A stretch of DNA of 64,000 nt from Takakia lepidozioides (GCA_030704615.1 CM060732.1:38254001-38318000), one strand, 5' to 3'; shown: positions 26,165 through 39,729, counted from the first letter of the stretch. Numbers and translations are program-made. The notes: generated from the sequence alone by a model not told the origin.

Positions 26165-26990
26165 ATCTAAACGTGACAAAACAAACAAAACAAAACAAAA
26201 CAAAATAAACGTCTCGATTCATATATTGATCTGGCAACTGGATACGGCTGCAATCTTTTGAGGTCATAGTTTGGGTAGACGGACAATAAATTCAATGGTC
26301 ACTATTACAGGGACTTAGAAATCTGGGAGGAAAAAAAAAAATAGTGGGCCGGGGTCCTTTTTTCACAGCATGTCGTGAAAACGGGCCCAGACGCTTAATG
26401 GTTAATGAGAGACGTAATCAAGATAGAGTGAGGATGGATGGATGACCGATCTGATCTTTCCCTAAGTCCCTGAAGTGTGAACTGTGAACCAATTTTGACA
26501 CAATTTGCCGAAAAACGGTGACGAGGAGTCGGTGTCGGCAGTGGGCCGCGTGGACGACGAAAGAGCTTCGAAGCTGCCGAGAGAAGATGAAGGGGGTGGA
26601 GAGAGGGCCCACGAGGCCTCCGAGCACGAGGAAACATGTCGGGAAGAACATGTGTTCACTGTGTTGCGTTGCTTGAGTGTGGCCTTCCTCGTTTGAATGT
26701 TTTCCCTGTAACACCCGAGAAAGAGCGAGGGAAGAGGGGAAAAGGGGGTGGCCAAAGATGATGCGTCTATATTAAGGTGGGAGGTGGGGACTAGTTTAGA
26801 CGGATCAAGTGGCTCACAATTGTATCTGTACAGGGACTCACTGCTGCGGGGTCAATTTCTGGAGCGGTTGTTAGAGTGCAGTTTGCAGATTTGTGATCAC
26901 GTGCGATTATTTCACTGTCGAGACGCCAAGGTATTGAGACTGAAATCAATCTAGTTTCGAGGAGCTACACGCAGCCTTCATCAGTGCAAG

Positions 26991-27533
26991 ATGATGGTGA
27001 AAAATCCGGATTCCAGGAAATCTAGTACATCGTCAGAGATTTGTGTAGTAGTGGAACCGCTGCAGGATAGTGGGCCGTCATCTGTCCTCAAAAGAGAATT
27101 GGAAGAGGTATTCAGATTCTTTGATGCAAACGGGGATGGAAAGATCTCAGCGATGGAACTTGGGTCCGTGCTCCGTGCACTTGGGGACAATCCAACCGAC
27201 AAAGAGCTTGAAAGCATGATACACGAAGTAGATACTGATGGTGATGGATTCATTGATATGGAGGAATTCATAAACCTAAACACAAAAGGACTAGGTCTTG
27301 GGTGTGAAGGAGGAGCCACTTCAGATGCCGAGATGTTGAAAGCGACCTTTGAGGTGTTTGACGCGGACAAGAATGGTTACATCTCAGCAGACGAGCTTCA
27401 CTGCGTTTTGACTGGATTGGGTGATAAAAACCTTACAATGGAAGACTGTCACTTCATGATCAAGTCTGTGGACAGAGACGGTGATGGGTTTGTTGATTTT
27501 GAAGAGTTTCGACTGATGATGGTTTGCTACTAG
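26991..27533 (+). CDS. CML: Calmodulin-like calcium-binding protein (CML), 4 EF-hands, intronless
   Basis: EF loops DANGDGKISAME, DTDGDGFIDMEE, DADKNGYISADE and DRDGDGFVDFEE in an intact 180-aa ORF. Confidence 0.96.
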   Translation: MMVKNPDSRKSSTSSEICVVVEPLQDSGPSSVLKRELEEVFRFFDANGDGKISAMELGSVLRALGDNPTDKELESMIHEVDTDGDGFIDMEEFINLNTKGLGLGCEGGATSDAEMLKATFEVFDADKNGYISADELHCVLTGLGDKNLTMEDCHFMIKSVDRDGDGFVDFEEFRLMMVCY

Positions 27534-28639
27534 AAATATCAAGACGACGGCAGGACAGGCCTCTGTCAAACGGCACCATCGTCTAAGTTTTGAAGGTGGG
27601 TGTATGGGAACGGCAGGGAAAAACTGATGAAGAATTGCGTGCCTATAACTCTGCGATAGTTCATTGGGATGCGCTGCTCGGGTTGTTCTCTAAGAGTCTC
27701 GGTGCAGTTTCTAGGGTCACGACGTCAAAGACAGATATCAAATTATGAGTTCGGAGCTGAAGAATAAAACTGAGATGAGGACACAACAGACGTACATATT
27801 GCACCAAAGATCTGTGCATGATTCAGTGCAGATTGAGATACTGGAGAAAGAGTCAGATGTTTCGTTAGGTCACCTTACAACAATCTGTCAACAATAGACA
27901 ACTTGTACATCAACAATTGCGGGACTGACTTGCTTTCCTTGCTTTGAAAGAGGATGGAACTTGAGAAAGCCGTGGGGCCTTTGTAAACATTGGAGAGTCG
28001 GTGGAGAGAGTTTTAAAACGTCTTCCTTGTCAACTTTTGAACTATTCAAATTGTACCCTTTCATGGCACTTTGACTCCTTAATTCAAATTGCTGTCTCCA
28101 ATGTCTGGAGTTATCGTTGCCTTTGTCTGATCTTGCACTTCACAATTCTTATATCAGGGATTAGAGAATGAGTCTCTTGGACGATGGTAGGTTACTTGAG
28201 ATTGGCGACTATCAGTCTTGGAAATATCAAGCTGCACATAGTTATCAACTGGATATGAAAGTTCAAGTGGGTACCAGTGACAAGCTTGATTTGCGCGACT
28301 TATTGAAGATGCCTCGATGAAATTTTTTTCGACTTCAGGCTCCCTGGTTTGCCTCTCAGTTTTTAGCTTTACATAGAGAATTTTCAGTAGCTGTTGAAAT
28401 CCTGCTACGAAGCCAAGGACCTGCGAGCAACAGTCGGGCGCTCAAAATTTAGAGAAACGCATGTATTCATTCATTGGTATATGAATGATGGGCAGCATTC
28501 TTTATAGTTTGTCAAGAAAAAGATAATGATAGGCAGAATCATTGTCATTGTCAGACTCTTTTAAGACCTTATTGCAATGCATGCCAGTCTGTGCCCAGAT
28601 GGGTTCACACTTATTTTACCCAAGCTCATTTAGCCCCCC

Positions 28640-29085
28640 TCTACAATGCAAAAAAGAAGAACAAACAACATACAAAAACAAAGAAGAAAAGAGAAGAGAG
28701 AGAGACACTCACATGGAGCTTCCATGCAGTTGGACTTGCGGGGCGATGGTGAGGAAAATGAAGACGCATAAGTCAGCCAGCGAGGAGAGAGAGATGGCAG
28801 TTGCGTGCCCTGTACATCAGCTCTCTAGGTCAGGGAGAGAGAGACCGAGTTGGGGTTCCGTGCAGCTGGTGCAGCGGCGAGGACGCTGGCATAAGCTGCA
28901 ACAACAAAATAGAAGGGGGATTAGGGCGATGCAAAACAAAAAAGAAACACTTTACATCAACAAGGAAGAGGAGAGAGAGACACTCACAGTGAGTTTTCAT
29001 GCGGGTGGAGCTGCGGCGGCGTTGGTGAGGAAAAGGCGAGGAAAGAGAGAGAGAGATGGCAGTTAATGCGTGCCGTGCACATAGG
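28640..29085. repeat. Imperfect ~280-bp direct duplication rich in GA
   Basis: gagagagacactcaca..ggtgaggaaaa..gagagagatggcagtt..gcgtgcc occurs twice. Confidence 0.6.
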
Positions 29086-29216
29086 GTGACCAACAGGGAT
29101 AATAAAAAAATCAATAGCCTGGATTTGAACCCGCATGCCTACGCCTTATGAACAAAACCCCTGCCACTATAATACGCTCACATCTTGAAACAAACCCCTA
29201 AAAATATGTATATACT

Positions 29217-29245
29217 AGGGCTTCGCGTTGCTCCGCACTACTAAC
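29217..29245 (-). mobile_element. Probable Helitron 3' end
   Basis: Minus strand reads gtgcggagcaacgcgaagccCTAG|T: GC-rich stretch, then CTAG followed by T. 5' end not located. Confidence 0.45.
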
Positions 29246-30272
29246 GACGAATTCTGAGAACAACGTTCAATTTTCACAAAATAAGGTGGGTTTCCAAATT
29301 GCCGCATTTAAAATGGCCGACACACTAGATCTCTGTTACTTAGATCGGTGCTCCTCACCGTGATTCTCAGACTAGGATCCTTAGTCTGAAGTCCTCTTTC
29401 CTATGAAGCTTTTCTAGGATGTAATTGCTTTTCTGGTAACATTTGTTTCTCCCTTGAGACCAGTCTATCATGCTTAGCGCCTTCTTCATCTTCATCGGAT
29501 CATCCGTCACGATATTCGTGTGTTCAAGCCTTATGGCGGCCACGTGCTACTCAAAGGGTTTTAATTTTTTTCCGTTCAAATAATCTGAATAAAACATAAT
29601 CCAGGGCCTCCTCCCCTGTTCCCCCCCCCCAAAAAAAATAAAAATAAAAATAAAAATTGCATTGTTTGATGTAGCTACCTCTATCTAGCCCTAGAAGTGA
29701 GGTAGAGGTGAACCCGCTCTTCTGTATTTTCCTCTTCGTTAAGCATTCGTTTCATCAAGACCGAAATCTGGTTGTATTTTTTTTAAAAGGAAACATCTGG
29801 GAGCGACAGCAATCAGGCCCCTTGATAGTGAGAGGAGAAAATAACCTCTTTCACAGTAACCCGCCATGAAGACGTAGAAATGGGACACCGCCCAATGGAA
29901 GGGGTAGAAGAGTACACCACACCCCTCAAGTAGCATGTTTTGCTCCAGAATCATCTAGGTGGCACTCAGTTTACTAACCAACTTCGGTACTGATTGTTGG
30001 CCATCATTTTTTTTTTTTAAAAGAGAGGGGAGGAAGCCCTTTGGAGCTTTATTACCATCCTTTAGTTTCTCAACATTTAGTTTTATTATTTTGATAAGAA
30101 ATGATTGTCTTGATAAAAATACCTCAATACAGCAGCGACCTGGCTCTTTTCTAACCCCTCTGACCATTTGTTTATATGGTATCTTATTCGTCCTTATTTG
30201 CAATTGGTGTAGATTTCAAATAGTTTGGATTTTAATTTAATGTCCCGGTAGCTATATAAACTATTCCAAGTG

Positions 30273-33240
30273 TCAAATTGTTGTACAAGGAAGAACAAGC
30301 TCATGTGAAATGTGATGGGACATACAGCTTGTTGTTAGGCGCTGGTAAAATGCAGGGAGAACATTCTGCTGCTCAGATGGATCCCAACTGCCAGCTGCAG
30401 CATAGATATTTGATAGCAACACATAGGTCGCAGCATCTTGTTCATCCGACATGAGGATAGATATTGCCGCACGTTCAGCCATCTCCACATTGCGATGGAT
30501 TTTGCAGGCACCAAGCAAGGCCTTCCACACCATAGCAGCTGGATTGATGGCATTTTATTAATCGGGTCCACTGCTCATCCAGATGTCTCGCACGTCCAAG
30601 AAGGTCCACCATGCAACCAAAGTGCTTTATTGTCATAGTGACACCATGATCTTGAGTCAGGGAATCCCAGTAGCATCTTTCTTCATCCAGTAGGCCAGTG
30701 TGGCTGTATGCAGAGAGAACACATATAAAGGTGATATTGTCCAACTTGAAGCCTTCCCTCTAGATTATTCCAAATGGCCAAATAGTTGCAGGGCCTCCAT
30801 ATGACAACCATGTTGGGCATATCCAGCAATCATCGCGTTCCAGGACATCACATCTTGTTCAGTCATATTGTCGACTGCCCCCTTCGCATCCTCGATGCAT
30901 CACATTTCGCATACATGTCCACCAGGGTTGTGTTTAGAATGACATTTGGTACAATATCAGCTTTGATGATATTACCATGGGCATTTTTGCCATTTTTCCA
31001 GGGCTGCCAGGCTCGCACACACATTGCAAATGCACAAGAACATGATGTGATTTGGCTTCATCCCTTCCCGCATCATTTGCTCATAGGTCTCCATAGCCTC
31101 CATCCCACACCCATGCTGCCGCAATCATGGCACTCCAAGACACCACATTTCGTTTAGCCATATTGTCGAACACTCCCTTCGCGTCTTCAATGCACCCACA
31201 TTTGGCATACATATCCACTAGGGCATTGTTCGGAAATGACATCTGGTACAATTCCAGCTTTGACAATGTCACTATGAACCTCTTTGCCCTTCTCCAGGGC
31301 TGCGAGGCTTGCACACACGTTGCAAACACAACAAACGTGATGTGGTCAGGCTTCACCCCTTCCCACATCATTTGTTTGTAGGTCTCTATAGCCTCCATCC
31401 CATGCTCCTGTTGTGCATATCTTGCAATCATGGCACTCCAAACCTACCACACTTGTTCGGCCATATCGTCGAACACTCCCTCCATATCCTCGATGCACCC
31501 ACATTTGACATACATGTCCACGAGGGTATTTGTTTAAAACCACATTTAGTAGAATTCCAGCTTTGGCGATGATAACCATACACCCTCTGCCTTTTTCCAG
31601 GGCTGTCAGGCTTGCACACACATTGCAAATGCACAAACCTGATGTGGTTGGGCTTTATCATTTTCCCCATCATTTGCTCATAGGTATCCAAAGCCTCATC
31701 CCAGGCCCCTGCTGTGCATACCTTGCAAGCACTACAGCAAATGGGGGGGGTTTGCGACGCCAGCCACGCCCCTACGCCCCGTGCGGCGCTTTTTTGCGAC
31801 ACCCCGACGTCGCAATCCCCCGCTGCGACACCATTACGACACCCAGCCGTCGTAAGGTGGTGTGAAGGGGGAAAGAGGGCCCTCGTTGCGACGAATTTTT
31901 TTCTTGCAACGCCCGGACATCAGAAATAAATTTATTAAAAATTAATTAATTTTTTTTAAAAAAAAAAAACGTTGCGATGCCTCGACTTCGCAAAAACGTC
32001 AATAAGGGCGTCGCAACGACATCACCACAGTGGGAATTTTTTTTTTGTTTTTTTCTTGGGCTTTACGGCCCTCAACTTCACAAAAGCGTCGCTGGGGGCG
32101 CTCCGCGTTAGGACGCCCAACGTTGCGACATCAGAGGGTCGCAACGGCGTCGTCACAGGGGGTCGCAATGGTGTTGTGGTCAGCTTAGGTCCACACAATG
32201 ACGTCGCTCGGGGCGCCTGGCGGTGGGGGGTACAACAACGGCGACGATGTTGGGACTGGGGCTGGGGCTGGGCACTAAGGCTGTAGAGGTTGCAACTTCC
32301 CGGCGTCACAAGAGAGACCCCCTTAGAAGGAACTTGAAAGAGCTTGAAGGAAATCTTTATATATATATATATATATTTATTTAGATTGTTTTTGTGATAC
32401 ATAGACGTAGCGTAGGTGTGTTGGTTAGTTTGTAGTGTCTTAGAAATGTTATAACGCGGAGGTCTTAGGTTCAAGTATGCGTTGCATGATATATGTAGAA
32501 CAATGAACATATCGTCATTAGACAGAACTGGAGTCAATGGTCAACGCCGGAGTCAATGGTCAACAAGTTTTTGAAATTCAAATTTCAAATTCAAAATTTC
32601 CCGCCTAAATTCAAATGTACCTCCTTAAATTGTGACGTCCGAGCGTCGCACTTTGCGACCCCCGGACGGTGCTACTTCTGCATTGCAGAATAGGTTATTA
32701 TTTATTATTTATTATTTATTTTATTTTTATTTTTTTCGACGCCCGGGAGTTGCAAATCGCAGTTTCGCATATTTGCGACCCCCATTGGTCGCAAATTTGC
32801 GACGTTTTTTTGGCGACGCCCGAACGTCACAAATTTGGTTTTATTCCCCGCCCGAAAAGGGCTGTTTTACGACGCCGCGGCGTGGCTGCAGCGTCGAAAA
32901 CTCCCCCCTTTTCCTGTAGTGAAGCATCGTGTTCTACAACACCACATCACGTTCGGCCATAGTGTCGAATCCTCCTTTCGCAGATTTGGTGAACCTCTTG
33001 CCATTTTCCAGGGTGCCAGACTTGCACACGCACTGCAAATGTTATGTGGTCGGGCTTCACCCCTTCTCCCATCGATTGCGCATAGGTCTCCAAAGCCTCC
33101 ATCCCGCCTCCATCTCGCACCGCGCTGCACGACACCACATCTCGTTCAGCCATACTGTTGAACGCTCCCTTATCATCCTCGATGCTCCCACATTTGGCAT
33201 ACATGTGTACCAGGACAATGTTCAGAATCACATCTGGTAA
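30273..33240 (-). pseudogene. PLS-class PPR-E pseudogene (3' part), interrupted by a CACTA MITE
   Basis: Multiple P/L/S repeats (ALVDMYAKCGCIEDAKGVFDNM..VVSWSAMIA), HFGCMVDLLGRA, and E domain VWKALLGACKIHRNVEMAERAA..YVLLSNIYAAAGSWD. Many frameshifts. Confidence 0.92.
31730..32921. mobile_element. Non-autonomous CACTA (1.19 kb)
   Basis: CACTACAGCAAATGGGGGGGGTTTGCGACGC / GCGTCGAAAACTCCCCCCTTTTCCTGTAGTG. TSD AAG (31727-29 / 32922-24). TTGCGAC subterminal repeats. Confidence 0.93.
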
Positions 33241-33373
33241 TCTGATAGGCATTCAGCTTTTTGCCTCGGTTGTCCCACCATTGACTGGTGTCAGAAAAGT
33301 ATTCATTCCACAGTTTTTCCTCATCTTTGTTACCTGTTTTTGGATACTTTCCTGTTGTCACATTGGCAATATC

Positions 33374-34010
33374 TATTAAGGACGAGAGCATGACTAAACA
33401 CAAACAAGAGATCAGACTAGAGGCACAAAACTAGACAAGAAGTCAAGGTCTGCGTGGCCGAATACATGATGAAGAAACAAGAATCAAGATGATCTTTATA
33501 ATAATGGACAAGAGTACAAGATATTGGAACTCGACTTGAATACTAAAATGCTGGAAACTGGACTAGAGTGCTAGATACTGAAAACTGGGCTAGAGTACTG
33601 GAAGCTGAACTGGAGTACTAGAAGGAACAGGAGTAGCTTGAACTTGTGTTGGCGAGACTGAAGAGTGTCCAATCTCGCCTCCTATATATACTGGCTACTA
33701 AGAAGTTCCCTAAGAAGCTTCCCCAATGGAAGTTTCTTGATGAAGAAGTTTCCAAGGTTAAATAAAAGTTTCTCAATAGAGAAGTTTCCTTAAACAAAGG
33801 AGGTATCTTGATGGAGAAGTTTCTTCGAAATGAAGCTTCTTGAGCAGTTTCCCAAGTTAATCTCGGTAATTTGGTAAACTCCCGGTACCTTGGTAACTAA
33901 TTGTAGCTTATGATAAATCATGGTAGATCACGGTAAATCATGGTAACATGGTAACATGATAACTTTTGGTATTCATTCCTGGTAAATTTTTCTGGGCTAT
34001 ATCCGTGACA
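33374..34010 (-). repeat. 3' LTR of chromovirus
   Basis: Direct repeat of 39730-40347; terminal dinucleotide mutated. Confidence 0.9.
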
Positions 34011-37000
34011 TCACCCCCTCCTCTAGCACGCCGAGTTCATCGAGGAGCGGTACCAACTTACCGGAAGTTCCCAAGTTACCTTCGCCGGATTTTGGATTTT
34101 CTCCAACTCTAAGCAACTAATGGTAGCTTATGGTAAATCATAGTAGATCACAGTAAATCACGCTAAATCATGATAACTTTCGGTAATATGGTAACTTGGT
34201 AACTCCTGGTAAGTTCCTCTGGGCTATGTCCGTGATATCACTCCCCTCCTCTAGCGCCGAGTTCCTCGAGGAACGGTAAAATCTTGGACTTGCTTAGAGT
34301 TGGAAAAAATCCAAAATCCGGCGAATGGTACTTGTCAAATATTCGACTCTTCATTCTTGACTCAAATGATTTATAGGTCCTTGCAACCATCGATAGTGTT
34401 CAACACCTTGAACTTGGGAACACGTAGTAATTTGAGCATTCTGATTTTCGAAGCTACCTTCAAACATGATTTCGTTGCCCTCTGGGTTCAAAGCCTTAAC
34501 CTCCAACAGGATTATCAGACTTTGAGTAGGCTCCACTTACCGTCGTACGGGGTCCAGACGAGGAAATACGCGTCGCATTGGTGGTCCATCGTCTCGAGAG
34601 CGTCGGCGTGATGTTGAAGGTCGTGAGAGTCGGAACGACTGATCTGGTAGTTGAGTAAGCGACAGCTCCAATGTATCTGGTTCATGTGACTTCATACTGC
34701 CATACAAGATGCAAGAGTGCTGGAAGTGTAGCTGTATATACTGATGTGTGGTGCTCCTCCCTCATTAACGTGTATCAGATACACTGAATGTAGAGTCTTC
34801 ACCTTGAAGCTAACTTGGCTGACATCATCATTGTGACGTCTTATTGACGTGTAGCTCGGGGCTTAGTTGGATATCATTGATGAAACTTTTGGATTTGTTA
34901 AATGCATTGGCGAGGTTGGATGAAGGTTCTCACGTTCGTTCGCTGATGTCGTAGCATTTCCAATGTACGAAATACTCAAGACATTTATACTTGATGCGAG
35001 AGTCTAAGACTTCGTCGACTTTATACTCAATTTCCTGATTGACTTCGATTGGTGGAGGTGGTACGGAAACTCTCCCTGGAATATTCGATGGATGATACAA
35101 CTCCAATAATGAAACACGAAAGACTGGATCGATACGCATACTTCTTGGGAGTTCAAGCCGAAAACTGACCGGATTTATTTGTCGAATAATTTTGAATGGT
35201 CCCAGGCGTTGATAATCCAACTTCCTTGGTGATCGCGTGGTTTGTATGTCCCGTCGAAGAAGCCACACACGATCTTCCACCTTGAACTGGGTTTGGAGTT
35301 GGAAATGTTGATCTGCATACTCCTTGTATTGTTTTTGAGCTTCTGCAAGGTGGAATATAAGCTTCTTGTGAATCATAGTGAGATGAGTAGCAAGGTTTTC
35401 TACAGTAGAGCTTCCAACAGTCTTAATGTGGAATGGGTTTGCTCGAGGATCATGACCATAATTGGAGAAAAATGGAGTTTGTTTGGTCGAATAATGTATA
35501 GTGTTGTTGTAGGCAAACTCAGCTAATGGCAGAAGGTCCGTCCAATTATTTTGGTGATAACTTATCGTACAACGAAGATATTGCTCCAAAATCTGGTTTA
35601 CGCGTTCGATTTGACCATCAGTCTGTGGATGATTAGCTGTAGACATGTTGATCTTAGTATCCAATATGTGAAATAATCTCCTCCAGAAATTTGGTATGAG
35701 CTGTGATCCTCAATCAGATACAATGTCCTTCGGGAGTCCATGAATGCAGTAGATATTGTTGAGGAAGAGTCTTGCAGTTTCCTCGCATGTAACCGTTTTA
35801 TTACATGGAATGAAATGTGTCATCTTCGTAAAACGATCCACAATAACAAGGATTGAATCGGTGGTCTTGAAATTGGAAGGTTTGTAATAATATCCATAGA
35901 CACGCACGACCATGGACCCTTGGGAATGGGTAATGGTTGAAGAAGACCGTAAGGTCGATGTCGTGGTCCCTTCGCTCTAGCACACATGTCGCAAGATTTT
36001 ATAAATTCTTTCACGAGTTTCCACATCTGCGGCCACCAATAGTCCCTGGATAACAATTCTATTATTTTGTTGAAGCCGAAATGTCCTGCAGCCGAAAGAT
36101 CATGACCTGTTTGAAGAATTCGAAGTCGTATAGGTCCTGGAGGTACATAGAGAAGTCTCTTGAAGTAAAGTAAGTCATCTTTGAATTCGAAATCGTTTGT
36201 AACATGTGGGTGGTCTTGAGGTTGATTCAGTTGACTTCGTAGTGTTTTAATAAATTGGTCGCTCTTCAGTGCTTCCTAAATCTCCTTTATGATCTCTGCA
36301 TCATCATAGATGGACATGGATAACATATTCAATTGGAGATTTGTTGATTTTCAAGATGATGGATTTCTGTTGGTCGAAAACTGCGTTCCTTTCTTTTGGC
36401 GCAAGATACGATCGTCGAGAAAGAGCATCTGATTTTCCTTGAAGATGTCTGGGATAGTAATTAATAACAAAATCAAACCTTGCTAGTGACATATTCCATC
36501 TCGCTTGACGTCGATTCAAAACACGAGCACTCATAAAATATTCGAGGTTTTTGTGATCAGTGTAAATAGTGACCTGATGTTTAGCTCCCTTCAATAGATG
36601 ACGTCACTCTTCAAAAACATCGATAACTGCCAGAAGTTCTTTATCATGGATTTTATAATTGATCTCCGCAGCGAAATTTTTTCGAGAACGAAAACCAACA
36701 GGGTGAAGTCGGCCATCCGTACCGTATTGAGAGAATACAGCGCCAAGTGCAAAGTCCAATGCATCTGCTTCCAAAAAGAATGGTTTAGATAGGTCTGCAT
36801 GTACCAGTATTGAAGCCGTTGTAAATGCCTACTTCAACCTTTCAAATGTTTGGTCAGCCTTCTCGTCCTATACAAATTTGTCCTTCTTTGTGAGTTGTGT
36901 CAATGATGCAACAATTTTGGAGAAATCCTTGATGAAGATTCTATAGAAATTTGCAAATCCCAGAAAACATTGTACATCTCGAACCGAAGTTGGTTTAATC

Positions 37001-37719
37001 CACTTGATGATGGTTTGTATTTTCTTCTGATCCATAAAGATGTCTTTGTCGGAAATAATGTAGCCCAGAAATTCGACCTCAGATTGATGGAAAAGACATT
37101 TTTCCAACTTGACATATAGTCATATTTCTCTTAATTTATCAAGGACAAGACGTACATGGCGGCCATGTTCTTCTTCATTATGTGAAAATATCAAAATGTC
37201 GTTCAAATATATGACTACAAAGTTATCTAAAAATTCTCGAAATATGTCATTCATCATATGTTGGAAAATTGTTGGAGCATTTGAAAGACCCGAAATGCAT
37301 TCAAAATGTCCATATCTTGTTCGAAAAGTTGTTTTCCATTTGTTTTTTTTTAAAAAATCCGTACAAGGTTATAAGCTCATATCAAGTCAATTTTGGTGAA
37401 AATCTTCGTTCATCCCAGCTGGTCGAGAAGCCCATAAATCAGCGGCAACGGATAACAATTCTTAATTGTGACTTTGTTGAGACCACGATAGTTTACATAC
37501 ATGCGTAATGATCTGTCCTTCTTTTTCACAAACAAGATAGGCACCCCCGCAGGTGATTTTGAATGTCGGATGAAGTTCTTCGACAAATTTTCATCAATGT
37601 ATTCACGTAATGCAGCCAACCCCGTCTGGGATAAGTTATAGATTGGGCCGAATGATAGTTGGGCTCCTTCTTGTAACTCAATTGCACAGTCATAAGGTCG
37701 ATGTTCTGGCAATATGTCT

Positions 37720-38029
37720 AAAATTATTTCAAATCTATTATTTTACTACACTCATACTTATTTTTAGTAAAATCAATACTTATTTATAATGAAATAGATA
37801 TAACTTTTTTTTATTGATCGAATCTCTTTTGGTATGGTACAGAAAAAAGAAAAAAATAATTCATTACAATATTTATAACTTCGGAACGTATATTAGCTCA
37901 CACATTTTCTTCTTCTTCTCCTTTCGCTACTCTTCCCATCGGGAAAAAACAATCTATATCAGAAATGGGAAACTCGGTGATTTAGGCAAAAGAAATATGA
38001 TAATTGTTTATATTCGTATAACAGAATTC
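37720..38029. other. ~310-bp AT-rich foreign insertion in chromovirus pol
   Basis: Separates FEKKNA from DILPEHRPY; no TSD seen. Confidence 0.75.
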
Positions 38030-39729
38030 GCATTTTTCTTCTCGAACGACGAAGACATCCTTGAAATCTTGATATTGAGTGGGTAATGTTGAAGTACCTT
38101 CGTCAGTTGTGGTCTTGATCAGAGTCGCACAAAGTGCAAATGCCGCATCTTTTTTGTAGCTCTCATGAAAGCTCTAGCTCCAAGGAACAAGGGTTGAATA
38201 CCTTTGATATTTCTACATTTTTGTCTTGCAGAAATTTTTTTGCGATCGCCAGTCGATGTTAGGATTGTGAAGTACGAACCAGGGAAGTCCAAGGATCACA
38301 GGATTCATTGGAGACTAGATGACGTTGAAAACAATATGTGATGCTTGATCTTTAAGCTTCACTTAAAGTGGTCGAGTTTCATGGTCAACATTTCCTGATG
38401 CTAACGGTCATTTAACTGCCCCAACAAGAGAAGATTCAAAGCTCAGGGCGCAACTCATGTGTTCGATACGAGGAGGTCGGAAAACGAAGATGTCCAGTCA
38501 TAGTAGGGACCATGCGGCTGGACACCACAAATTCCTCACCGAAATTTTTTTTTTGTCTACCTTCAGACCCTGCACCTTGCTTCACAGTTCCGGTAAAAAT
38601 CAGAGTGCAAAATTGAGATATCTTTATAAAAGCATTTTTGGACTCAGGGGCTTCAGCATGTTTTATTGATAATTTTTTTGCGAAACAACACAATTTAACG
38701 CTCGTAAAGAAGAAACTCTCGGGCCTCGTTGTAGTCATCGATGGACGATCTATGTGATCTTCTTTTCTGCAATAGAGGCATAATCCATTTGAGCGTCATC
38801 TTTGTTTTTCTTGTGGCGTCAGTGGCTTGAATCGGACAGCATCAATCTGCATAGGATCACTATCGGATGTTTGATGGATCATTGTGTTTGGTGCCGTAGT
38901 AGCACCGGCATGATGTGTTGTCGACCATCCAGATCGCTTCTCTTGAAGTATTTCGAACAAACGATTATCGCATGCAATGACTTGGGTGATGAATTCGCTT
39001 AGTGTACTCATGTTTGGCATTGTCACCAACAAATCTTTAACATCTTTTTTTAGCCCACATCGAAACTGACTAATGAGACTCTTCTCATTCTAGTCGAGGT
39101 CGCACGCAAGTTGTCGAAATTCGGCAATATAAACGGGAGCAGAACGTGCTCCTTGTCGAAGATTCTGCATCTTTGTCTCTGCAACTCTCTCTCTATTATT
39201 CTCTCCAAATGTTGCAGTGAACTCGGACATGGACGCTTCAAAATTGTATAATAAATGCAAAAAAAAATCTAATAGCGGTGCAAACCAAGATAGGGCAGTG
39301 CCTGATAGAAGAGTGCCCACGAATCCCACTTGAATACCTTCATCGGGATAGCGTTGTGGATGTAGTCGTAGGAATAGTCGTACTTGTTGAACAAACCGCG
39401 AAATCTTGATCTCATCCCATCAAATTTCACGGGCACGCTGATCTTTGGTTCTCTCGTAATTTGTTGAAGATGAGCTGTTGCACTAGGAGCTGTTGCAGTA
39501 GGGACTCGTATGGTTGAAGATCCATTGTTCGACTCGTTTAACTCTGAAATTTGTTGTTGCAAATTGTAGAGAGCGTTGTCAAGATCTTCAGACTGATCAG
39601 CTTGTAATTGGGCAGTAGAGGTACGAAGTTCTTGCATCTGGAGCTGAAGACTCTGCAAGATGGCGACCATTTCCGCAAATATGCCTTCCATCTTAACTAA
39701 CTAAGGAACAAACTTTAGTCTCGTCAAAC

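Larger units (their letters stand above)
11169..26229 (-). mobile_element. Short non-autonomous Helitron-like element, split by the LTR retrotransposon (parts 11169-11622 and 26169-26229)
   Basis: The two halves join across the ATCT TSD (tttgggacATCTaaacgtgacaaaacaaac). Minus-strand 5' end is A|TC at 26229, followed by (TTTTG)n. A GC-rich hairpin at ~11175-11205 is followed by CTGT rather than a perfect CTAG. Confidence 0.5.

Noticed and set aside
28542-29066. 174-aa ORF
   Set aside because: Low-complexity translation of a GA-rich duplication with no domain signal.
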